Of a stretch of 64,000 bases of DNA, positions 41,975 through 53,013 are shown one piece after another. This stretch comes from Amoebidium appalachense. Its lineage: Eukaryota; Protista; Ichthyosporea. Every line of letters begins with the position of its first letter. The first letter of the stretch is position 1. Where the stretch lies: positions 3,515,375 through 3,579,374 of the forward strand of contig CAVNZM010000017.1 in assembly GCA_963693365.1 (NCBI GenBank), written 5' to 3'. The notes beneath the pieces are model-generated. The model searched no databases, was not told the DNA's origin, and was given only the letters and a program-made list of their open reading frames with translations. The position numbers and the translations under genes were made by a program.

Positions 41975-43213
41975 AGCTACACCTTTTCTTTAGTGCGGTT
42001 TTTCGCGCTAGTTTACACCCACCTCAGATAAACAACAACAAAAAAAAAACACACACACAAAACGTTAGGGCACACACAACACCATGGCTAACTTTAACGT
42101 AGATATGTTCTACGCGTTGACAGCGGAGGAGAGCTCCCTCCACACAGAGATCCAACAGGTCCACACCATAGACGTGAGACATACAACAGCGTTTAGTTTT
42201 ACACTCAAACACGACTCAAAGATACCACGCTGGCTCCGCACACTCGTAGCCAACACACCCACACTAGTAATAGATGTGTCGTAGCACGACCTAGCGTGTT
42301 TACGAACGACTCTAACTAACTGCACGCTTAAAAGGGGCTTGAAACTGTACAGGTAGACGTATGTACTTTTCTTTGAGTTGGGTGGGAGACGAACAAACGT
42401 ACTCTCAGAAGAACTTCGAATGCCCGCAACCCCGCAAGACACTTCACAGACGTAGACACGCGGCCCACTCGCAAGACAAATACCACAGTGACATTCAGCC
42501 AATCACAACACTCCCGCCCCACGGGCTACACACGCTCCACACCATTGGCTACCGCCACCTCAGACACCCCTACTGTTGGAATACGTCACTACATAGGACA
42601 GCAAGAGTCTTGAAGTATGTATGTGTCTTAGCTTTGTTTGTATTCGTGTCTGCTCTCCTTCTTTGTGCTCTCCCCCCTCTCTCCCTTTTTCTCTTTTCTT
42701 TCTCTCTCTCTCTCTCTCTCTCCCCCCCCCCCCCCCCCCGTATCTCTCTCTCTCCCTTGTTTCTGTGTGCACAGATATCTGTAGATCTGTGCACACCTGG
42801 CTCTCTTGCCTGATAGAACTTATTGTATTTTATCTGTGTTTGCTCTCCTCTGTTTATCTGAGAAGTAGCGTGATTGGCTAGCTATGTTCGTTGTCTTTGT
42901 TTTAGTTCAAAGTGTTTTAGTTTTAGTTCAAGATAGGATGACTCACCAATAGACGCGAGTGAGTACACCTATAGATCGTGTTGTGCATTCCTGTCTATTA
43001 ATATACGTGTTATTATTGGATACAATTGATATGTTTGGAATTCGGTTTATCGTATTGTATCTTCACTTTGAGAGTGTCGACTATTAGGAATTATGTATTT
43101 AGATGAGTTTCTTTATAGAGACAAGTATAAATATATATGCATGTATTAATAGTGACAAGATGTATAATCACTTAACTGAAGTTATTTAATTAAGAGTTTC
43201 TAAGCTTTAGTTA

Positions 43214-43885
43214 TGTCGGAAGTTGGAATGCGTATGCTCTGTTGGAGTGTGTTTTTCTATCATCTGATAGCACCGATTGGTTCTCTTCTTTTAGTTGAGC
43301 CTGATAAGATGATAAGTTGCAAGTACAAAAAGACCCGAGAGCACAATAAAAGGTCAGTTGTTGTTTGAAATCTTTCAAGTGTCGTGAACAACTCCGATTG
43401 CCCTCTCTTTTTTGTGTTGGTCGTGTTTTACATGACACCTCAGTGCACTCTGCTCCCTTAGACCTGTACAAAACAACAGGTTAAAGGCCCATTTTCGCAC
43501 GCTCTCGCAAAACATTTTCTTGCTGCAATCAAAAATATTCAAATTTGAATACTGATCTGATTCCTCTCCCGTGCATCGTCTGACTGATCAATCAACATGT
43601 CGGAGAAGCCCGCGTACCTCAACCTCACCCCCTGAAAAGGGGAGGACACCACGGACAAGAAGTCCGGCAAAACGTCTCACCTATTATGAGTGGGAACCCG
43701 TCATCTTCCGGTACCTGCGTACTACCATCACGGCCAAGTTAGTGCCCGTCATCAAGGCCCCCGAGTGGGTCGATCCTTCCGACGAGAACGAGTGGCAGGG
43801 CTATGACACTGAGGAGGCCTACACCGAGGCTTCCAACTTCCTTGAACAGATGTTTACTTAAATCGTCTCCAATGATGAGCTGGAT
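43214..43885 (+). mobile_element. 5' fragment of a Copia-like element: LTR (43214-43478), PBS-like site, start of gag
   Basis: TGTCGG...CAACA, AATAAA ~43345, then GGTTAAAGGCCC (2 mismatches to the half-tRNAiMet PBS GGTTATGGGCCC). The ORF fragment LTYYEWEPVIFRYL... is cut by a YR A repeat. Confidence 0.5.
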
Positions 43886-46049
43886 AATCTACCAAAATGG
43901 AATTTTTGCTGCACATCAACCAATGAAAAATTTTCACAAGTGGCTAAAACCCCTAGATCACAAAGACCAAATCAATTGCCGCCCATTTCGGACTAGATAT
44001 AACTCAAACTCATCAATATATCCATATGGCATATCCCACAGAACATAAAAACAGCTACAGCTCCCTAAATAAAAAAGCTAGCAGCCTGAAACTTTGCGCA
44101 CACACCAAGGCCAACACCATGCTACTACTACGAAGTTTACAGCTAACTCACAACACACAATTTCACTCCAACGGGGCTATCTAATTCTCCTGCAAAGAAA
44201 ACACGTTTACAAACTAAATATAGGTCAGTTGAGGCGCTGCGAGTAGTGTCTTGGCTGCGTTCCCCGCGGCCTACCCTGTATTGACAGGATGGCTACCTCT
44301 CACGGCGGCAAATGCCGCTTTGCCACCCCCTGGGGTTGGAGCCACAGTGGACGTGTTGCAGTTTTTGTCTCCTACACTGCAGCCGTTTTTGGCCCACTGC
44401 GACGGCGGCCTTCTCAAGCCTGTTCTGCCGATGCCTGCAGAGCTGCGCCGCATCCGCCCGGCGCATCACGTTCCCAGTGGGGAATACGGTCCCCTGCTTC
44501 TTCGGCTTCAAGACTGCGGCATGGTGCACTATTTCGAGGCGGAGGAAAAACTACTGGCCATCAATGGGCTGTTTGGGGTCCCCAAAGACACCAGAGCCCG
44601 CGTCATTTTTGACGGCCGCCGTGGCAACCTGTTTTTTGCCAGTGATCATCCTGCCCTCAAGGTGCACCTGCCCAACCCTGCCGATTTTGCCGATCTGTTG
44701 CTGGGACCTGAGGATTGCCTCTATTTTGGCAAGTCGGACATGGACAACAAGTTCCATCGTCTTCTTGCCCCCGAGTGGCTGTGGCGGTTCTTCGGATTGC
44801 CGCCTGTGTCTTCGGAGGCTGTTGGCCTTTCTGGGCCTGACCGGCTTGTGTACCCGGCCCTCACGACAGTGCCCATGGGCTGGGTGCATTCTGTGCTTGT
44901 GGCTCAAGACGTCCATGGGCCGTTTGCTGGCCGAGCCAGCATGCCCCGCAATGAGCGCCTCTGTGCGATAGTGCCGCGGCCTGTGGAGGCCATGCAGCAT
45001 GCCCTGTATGTGGACGACTGTGGCTGGGTCGGCACAGATGCCACCGCCATCAATCGTCAGCGTGAATCGTATCATGGCGTCACCGGCCCGGCTGGTCTTC
45101 CCTCCAACGTCAAGAAGGATATGGCTGCTGGTTCGTCGTCCTCTATGGTGCTGCTAGGCCTGGAAATGCATCGCTCTGGGATATTGCGCCCGTCTGGTGC
45201 TTCCCTGTGCCCTCTGGTGGCGGAAACCCAGGCCGTGTTGCGTCGTGGTGTCGTCACACAGCTCCGTTTGCAGCAGTTGCTTGGTGGTTGGGTGTGGGCG
45301 GCACTGCTGCAGCGGTCGCTTTTGTCGGTTCTGAGTGCCGTCTACAGTTTTGTGGAGCAGCTGGGGGGTCGGGAACAGCCCCTTCCACCGCCCGTTGTGT
45401 GGGAGCTTTAGGTGATGTGTGCTTTGGCCCCGTTGATGCATTGTGATTTGCGTTCTAGGTTTGCTTGCACCATGTTCTGCACTGATGCATCCTTGTTGGG
45501 TGGTGCAGTGGTGTCCCGGGTGCTTCCAGCAGCGCTTCTCCGCCAAGTGCTGCCTCACTGCAACCGGCGTGGCCACTACCTGGTCCTGTGCACGAGCCAA
45601 GCCCGTCCGCCCCCCCGGCACCTATCCTGGCAGCTGTTGGTGGCCGGTGGACCACCAACATCAGTCATCGTTGGCGCCACTCCGACCACATCAACATTCT
45701 GGAGGGAGAAGCCTTGCTCCTGGGGCTTCGTCGATTAGGTCGGTCTACGGCTGCCCGGGGCTCCCGCTACCTTTGGGGCCTTGATTCAACGGCGCTGCTT
45801 GGGGCTGTTGCTAAGGGTTGTTCAGCATCCCAGCTGCCGGCATCAAGCATTTCATGCCACGCCTGGGTCCACACCTGCAGGCCGCCCAACGGAGCCGGCA
45901 CACTGAAACTTTGCACACACATCAAACACAAGATGGCCTACAACATTATACTACCACGAAGTTTACAGCACACTCGCAACACACAATTGCACTCCAACGG
46001 GGCTATCTAATTCTCCTGCAAAGAAAACATGTTTACAAACTTAATATTC
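43886..46049. mobile_element. Scrambled YR family 1 copy: partial A(-) 43886-44221, RT/RH fragment (+) 44237-45831, YR sliver 45831-45900, partial A(-) 45903-46049
   Basis: Each segment matches copies 1/2. ORF 44251-45411 carries PMGWVHS and LYVDD. Confidence 0.9.
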
Positions 46050-46437
46050 AGTGACAACGGGTTGCGGAATGAAGATTTTATTCCGCTAGGGCCGCAGCTT
46101 CCTGATCACATTAGTGACTGTGATATTTGGAGTGTTTATATGACTGAGCCCAATAGTGAGCTCTGATTGGGTACCATGGGGGATAGTTCTGAACTCGGAG
46201 TAGCTTCCCAATGCCCTAATTTATAAGGACTTGGTGTGACTCTGAAACGTCAACCTAAAACATAAGGCTAGCGACACCTATTCGTGAGAGAGGCTTTAGT
46301 ATCAGCCGGAGTCAGAAGACCGGAATTCCGGGATTCAGAGAGCCTCGTACGGACAGTGATTATGATTCAGTGCCTGGAAGCGCCCTGCTTTGGATTGCTT
46401 TGTCATTCTTCAGGCTTTGTCGTGAGTTGTTGTTACA
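46050..46437 (+). mobile_element. Possible LTR followed by a PBS-like sequence
   Basis: agtgacaac...gttgttaca imperfect inverted termini, tttataag TATA-like box, followed by agt-TGGTCTGGGCGCCCGCTGCGCGG. Confidence 0.4.
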
Positions 46438-47602
46438 AGTTGGTCTGGGCGCCCGCTGCGCGGGCCCCAGTCCTGAGTCAAGGAGCTCTGCCATGTCTGG
46501 CGCACTGTAATCGGCGGCCCTTACTACCCCTTGTGTATATACAAAGTAATATTATTATTTAGTCTCTTTCTCTCTCTCTCACTCAAGGCTCGCTCTTATA
46601 TGTATTTTTCTTTCTCTCACAGCGCGCTCGCTCAAGCTTGCACCTCGGGGTGTGAGCCTGAGCCTCGCTCCTGTCTTCCTCAGGTGATTGCAGTCTCAGT
46701 CTGTCTCCCCCTGACACAGATTCTACACCCTGGGTTCGAAGTTCTCATTGAAATCTTCAACACAGTATCTTTCAACTGTTAAATCGAACTATAATCACTC
46801 ATTGCACTAGAATCAACATTCTTATGCCAACGTCGTCTTTACCAGCCCCAGCAAGGGGATACATGAGCCGGTGCCTGTGGATCAATCTCACAAGCAGGCA
46901 CAGGTGTGCTCCACAGGAGCAATGAAAAGAATGACAAATGTCATACAGAAACATGCTCAAAAAACGTAGCCTAGTGCCTAAATAGGCAAAGGGTGTGGTG
47001 GGTGGGCAAAAACTTAGCTAAAAAATTGGGCCTAAAGAGACCTAAACGCGCTCAGTAGCGCCGCAACTGACCTCCCTGGGGCCGCGCGAGCTCATTATAG
47101 AGCGCGGCCCACATTTTTGCCTATGGAAATATGAAGAAATGATTTAGAACCTATCAAATCCATGAAATCTACATAAAAGGAATTTTTGCTGCACATCAAC
47201 CAATAAAAAAAAAAAAAAAACCCCTAGATCATAAAGACCAAATCGATTGCCGCCCATTTCGGACTAGATATAACTCAAACTCATCAATATATCCATATGG
47301 CATATCCCACAGAACATAAAAACAGCTACAGCTCCCTAAAAAAAATTGCTAGCAGCCTGAAACTTTGCACACACATCAAACACACCATCGCCTACAGCAT
47401 TATACTACCACGAAGTTTACAGCACACTTGCAACACACAATTTCACTCCAACGGGGCTATCTAATTCTCCTGCAAAGAAAACACGTTTACAAACTTAATA
47501 TTCTTATGCCAACGTCGTCTTTACCAGCCCCAGCAAGGGGATACATGAGCCGGTGCCTGTGGATCAATCTCACAAGCAGGCACAGGTGTGCTCCACCACT
47601 CC

Positions 47603-48207
47603 CTACCTGGCACGGGAAGGAACGAACCATGCCGTGGGTGACTGACGCAGCGCTGCAGCCCGGGCAAGGAGCGACGCGGGCACCCGAATAGAAAGAACAA
47701 GAGACTGGCCGGCCTGCACATACCGGCGGAGGGAGGCATGCGATCTCCATCGACCACGCAGAGCAATCGTCTCTACTGAAACACCCCTGACATAGTCTCT
47801 CGAGGCACCACCATGGCGAATACTGTGAAGATGGAACCCATACTCATTGAGGCCGAGGGAGTCACATGCCGCTTGGAACTAAAACGGAAGCGGGGGCGTG
47901 GTCTTTGCTGGAACAAGCCGGTTCCAGCCTGCAGGCTCCGTTGGGCGGCCTGCAGGTGTGGACCCAGGCGTGGCATGAAATGCTTGATGCCGGCAGCTGT
48001 GTTGACACAGCGCTGACGCTGGCCACGCGATGGATCAATGGCATAACACTCCTCAAAATACTCCACCAGGAGGTCGTCCAGTTCGGCGGGGGACTTGGTG
48101 TCGGTACCAGGGGGCAACCAATCCAGGAACTCAACAACAGCATCCCGGTAGGCCTTGAGAGTTGGGGGCTTTATGGCCTGGTCAGCCAGAAAACCGCGAG
48201 GGACCAT
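47603..48207 (-). pseudogene. Tyrosine recombinase, copy 2, with a ~323-bp internal deletion removing the catalytic Arg and Lys
   Basis: Junction gcttggaact|aaaacggaag at 47880/47881 joins positions equivalent to 36943 and 37267 of copy 1. Confidence 0.9.
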
Positions 48208-50235
48208 CTGCAGGATTGTGGGCTGACGGCAGCCACACACAATACAAACGAATGTCGAGGGCAAGCGTGTAGGCAGCCACCTGGCGGCATACACGGTTCA
48301 GGCGTCGGGATGCTGAACGACCCTTAGCAACAGCCCCAAGCAGCGCCGTCGAATCAAGGCCCCAAAGGTAGCGGGAGCCCCGGGCAGCCGTAGACCGACC
48401 TAATCGACGAAGCCCCAGGAGCAAGGTTTCTCCCTCCAGAATGTTGATGTGGTCGGAGTGGCGCCAACGATGACTGATGTTGGTGGTCCACCGGCCACCA
48501 ACAGCTGCCAGGATAGGTGCCGGGGGGGCGGACGGGCTTGGCTCGTGCACAGGACCAGACAGCTGGCTGTAGTGGCCACGCCGGTTGCAGTGAGGCAGCA
48601 CTTCGCGGAGAAGCGTTGCTGGAAGCACCCGGGACACCACTGCACCACCCAACAAGGAAGCATCAGTGCAGAACATGGTGCTAGCAAACCCAGAACGCAA
48701 ATCACAACGCATCAAAGGGGCCAAAGCACACATCGCCTGAAGCTCCCACACCACGGGCGGGGGAAGGGGCTGTTCCCGACCCCCCAGCTGCTCCACAAAA
48801 CTGTAGACGGCACTCAGAACCGACAAAAGCGGCCGCTGCAGCAGTGCCTCCCACACCCAACCACCAAGCAACTGCTGCAAACGGAGCTGCGTGACGACAC
48901 CACGACGCAACACGGCCTGGGTTTCCGCCACCAGACGGCACAAGGAAGCGCCAGACGGGCGCAATATCCCAGAGCGATGCATTTCCAGGCCTAGCAGCAC
49001 CATAGAGGACGAGGAACCAGCAGCCACATCCTTCTTGACATTGGAGGGAAGACCAGCCGGGCCGGTGACGCCATGATACGATTCACGCTGACGATTGATG
49101 GCGGTGGCATCTGTGCCGACCCAGCCACAGTCGTCCACATACAGGGCATGCTGCGTGGCCTCCACAGGCCGCGGCACTATCGCACCGAGGCGCTCAACGC
49201 GGGGCATGCCGGCTCGGTCAGCCAACTGCCCATGGACGTCTTGAGCCACAAGCACAGAATGTACCCAGCCCATGGGCACGGTCTTGAGGGCCGGGTACAC
49301 AAGCCGGTCGGGCCCAGAAATGCCAACAGCCTCCGAAGACACAGGCGGCAATCCGAAGTACCGCCACAGCCACTCGGGGGCAAGAAAACGATGGAACTGG
49401 TTGTCCATGTCCGACTTGCCAAAATAGATGCAATCCTCAGGCCCCAGCAACAGATCGGCAAAATCGGCAGGGTTGGGCAGGTGCACCTGGAGGGCAGGAT
49501 GATCACGGGCAAAGAACAGGTTGCCACGGCGGCCGTCAAAAATGACGCGGGCTCTGGTGTCTTTGGGGACCCCAAACAGCCCATTGATGGCCAGTGGTTT
49601 TTCCTTCGCCTCGAAATAGTGCACCATGCCGCAGTCTTGAAGCCGAAGAAGCAGGGGACCGTATTCCCCACTGGGAACGTGATGCGCCGGTCGGATGCGG
49701 CGCAGCTCTGCAGGCGTCGGCGGAACAGGCTTGAAAAGGCCGCCGTCGCAGTTGGCCAAAAACGGCTGCAGCGTAGGAGACAAAAACTGCAACACGTCCA
49801 CTGTGGCTCCAACCCCAGGGGGTGGCAAAGCGGCATTTGCCGCCGTGAGAGGTAGCCATCCTGTCAATACAGGGTAGGCCGCGGGGAATGCAGCCAAGAC
49901 ACTACTCGCAGGCTGAGCGTCGTAGACACCCACGCGTATAGCATCGTAGCTGGCCCTAAGGACAAAGGTCCACAGGGCATGGTGGTGACTGTTCACCAAC
50001 CGGTCGGGAATGGGCAAGGGTCGCCTGCCCACAGCTCGTTGAGGGCACCAAGACAACGGTTAGCCAAGGTAACCCCCTTCAGGCGGTGAGACAGACGTTG
50101 CCGACGGCGTTGACTCCGTAGACGGGCTTGTCCAGAACGGTCCGGCACAGGAATGGCCGAAACAGGGAACAAATCAGAGGCGGCAAAGACATGACGTGGC
50201 ATAGCTGTGGAATCCTTAGAAAAATTAGGGGGCAT
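48182..50235 (-). CDS. RT-RNase H, copy 2 (624-aa open frame plus N-terminus across one frameshift ~50020)
   Basis: Complete RT (LYVDD) and RNase H through VWLPSAHNPADGPSR; overlaps the YR start codon by 26 bp. Confidence 0.94.
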
Positions 50236-51372
50236 ATTTAATCAAGGGCACGTGGCAGGAAGCCACAAAAAAATAATATACAGAACCGCGTGCCGAACCC
50301 CCAAAGGGCCGTTCAGGCCCTGTGCCCACCGGTCCCCGGAGGGGTCGATGGACCGGCTCCGGATGGGCCACTGCCGGGACCGCGCCGAGCCCGGGTGACT
50401 TCGGCGAGGGTCTTGGCTTGACGAACAGCCCGGGTGGCCAAGGGAGGGGGCAGGGGCAGGCTGCGCGCAGGGAGCTCCTCAAACTGCTCTGCAACAGCCC
50501 AGTCCCCGTTGGACTGATCAGCAGTCTGCACAGCCAGCAGACGGCGCACACCAACTTCCACAGCAGGTGACTCCTTGCGGGCCATAGGGTCGGCGGCCAG
50601 CAGCAGATCCAGCATACGGTCAAGCGTCAGAGCCTCCCGTTTGTTGCGGTAGCTGACCCAATCCGCCGCGTGGACAGCCGCAGTGACCGAGGCCTGGTCA
50701 GCCAAGGTGCTCTTGAGGTAGGAAGGGGCCAGACGTTCTTTGACGCGCAGGTTGACTTTGGCGCCGCTGGAAAGCAGATAACGGCTGGGGGTGGGTTTGG
50801 AACGGCCAGAGGAACGACGGCGGCGAGAGGAACGACCGTAGCCACTGCTGCTGGAATCAGAATCCTCACTCGACGATGGGGTGTCTTCACTGCCGGTGTC
50901 GTACGCATAGACAGGCTCCTTGCCCTTTGCCCGCGCAGACAGCGTGCTCAGCAGGCCGCCGGCAGAGGGCTTCTTGGGGCGACCAGACTGGGCAACAGAG
51001 AGGGCTTGCACTTGGGCAGAAAACGCCTGCAGCTGCTCTTGGACGTCTACACCGTCAGAACGCCGCTGGGGAGAGGGCGACCCAGGTGGGGGGGAGGCAC
51101 GGCCGCTGCGAGGAGTGCGACAGAGCAAGTGCAGCTGGTCGGTGACTTTCCAACCGACCATCTCAGGGTCATCAAAAGCCACCGAGCGCGCCTTGAGGGC
51201 TGAAACCACACTGTTGACGGTTTCTGCCGGCAGGCTGTTCCAGGGGAGGGCGTTGGACTGCAAAACGGCCAGACTTTTGAGACTTGCGTCGTCCGCATCG
51301 GTAGAGATCTCCAAAAGCTTTTCGAGGAGAACGGCCCCCTTGGCGACCAGAGCAGATGGAGGGGCGGGCCAT
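50225..51372 (-). CDS. gag-like ORF1, copy 2
   Basis: 354-aa open frame 50313-51377; position and homology to copy 1. Confidence 0.78.
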
Positions 51373-53013
51373 TGCAATGCTCACAAACCAGACTAGAGCA
51401 CGAAAACTTGAAAACGAAGACTGGAAAATGCAAAAACGTGGGAAAACCGACACCGCAAAAAACGTCCGAAAACCAGCTAAAACGCAACGGCGCGCACGCA
51501 AAACTCTTACCAGATGCTGCCGAAGCTAAGCGCGCGCTCCTGGGCAAACAAAACTAGAAAAAAAACGAACAACAGCGCGAAAAACGGGGACTAGAGTTGC
51601 AAAAACTTAGCTAAAAAATTGGGCCTAAAGAGACCTAAACGCGCTCAGTAGCGCCGCAACTGACCTCCCTGGGGCCGCGCGAGCTCATTATAGAGCGCGG
51701 CCCACATTTTCGCCTATGGAAATATGAAGAAATGATTTAGAACCTATCAAATCCATGAAATCTACCAAAATGGAATTTTTGCTGCACATCAACCAATGAA
51801 AAGTTTTCACAAGTGGCTAAAACCCCTAGATCATAAAGACCAAATCGATTGCCGCCCATTTCGGACTAGATATAACTCAAACTCATCAATATATCCATAT
51901 GGCATAGCACACAGAACATAAAAACAGCTACAGCTCCCTAAATAAAAATGCTAGCAGCCTGAAACTTTGCACACACATCAAACACACCATGGCCTACAGC
52001 ATTATACTACCACGAAGTTTACAGCACACTCGCAACACACAATTTCACTCCAACGGGGCTATCTAATTCTCTTGCAAAGAAAACACTTTTACAAACTTAA
52101 TATAAAACGATTCGTGCTATATCAAATCTTCCCAAGTATTTTTGGCTATGTGTTTCTTTTGTCTTCGTCTTTGTACAGCCCCCCACACAGTCATCCCATA
52201 GTACACACCACATGATACTGATAGTATTATAATAGTCTCCGAAATATGGCTTAACTTAGACCCCACAAAATGTTTCAGACTCCCGGATGTGGGGCTTTAA
52301 CCACCGAAGTTCACCCGAAAACTGAACTATAAAATTTAATGCTAGGATAATATTTCACTACCGGTATGTTAGTAAATTCAAAGGTGCGGCAGTTGAAGCA
52401 AATTGTTTTACATTGTATTGTTTTACTATAGTAAAGTTACACAACTAATTGGCCCTTTACACTTAAAAAGGTTGCTGGTTTCTGTATACAACAAAAAATC
52501 TGTTTGTTCTGGGTGTTTTATGAGTCACTTATTTGCCAAGTCCAACGTAATTGGCGGTATATGTTTGAGGAATACCACTTTATAAATCAACCCGGTTATG
52601 CACCCATTGAGGTGTTCCAGTATAATTGTTTGTAAACGTGCTTTCTTGTACGAGCGTGGTGCGCCCCGCTAGATATATATGCAAAGCTGTAGAGCTATCC
52701 TGGGCAGATGTGCTGTAGGTATGGGAAGTTCACCTAATGGCATGCGAACGGCATGCACTTTCACATACCATAGGATCACCGGTATGGGACACAAAAAGGG
52801 TGGGCACGGCTCAAACCAGCCCTCACTCTGTCTTGCTCCTTAGCATGCATATGTAGTTTGGACCATCACAGCCTCCTGAGACTTGTGTAAGGGGGTGCGT
52901 TTTGTTGGTTAGAATTAGTTGTTTTGCTTTTCCTACCATGCCCCCGCGGTCCAAACATTCGCCGCCCCGGGCACCCTCCGGCACCGTGGTCAACACACTG
53001 GGTGCCTCCTGAT

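Larger units (their letters stand above)
46819..52103 (-). mobile_element. YR retrotransposon family 1, copy 2: A1(52103-51599)-gag-RT/RH-YR(deleted)-B1(47596-47501)-A2(47500-47006)-spacer-B2(46914-46819)
   Basis: Same architecture and termini as copy 1. Confidence 0.94.

Noticed and set aside
37836-51547. Antisense ORFs conserved between YR copies (e.g. 48449..48994, 49073..49855)
   Set aside because: Conservation follows from near-identity of the copies and high GC; no motifs.
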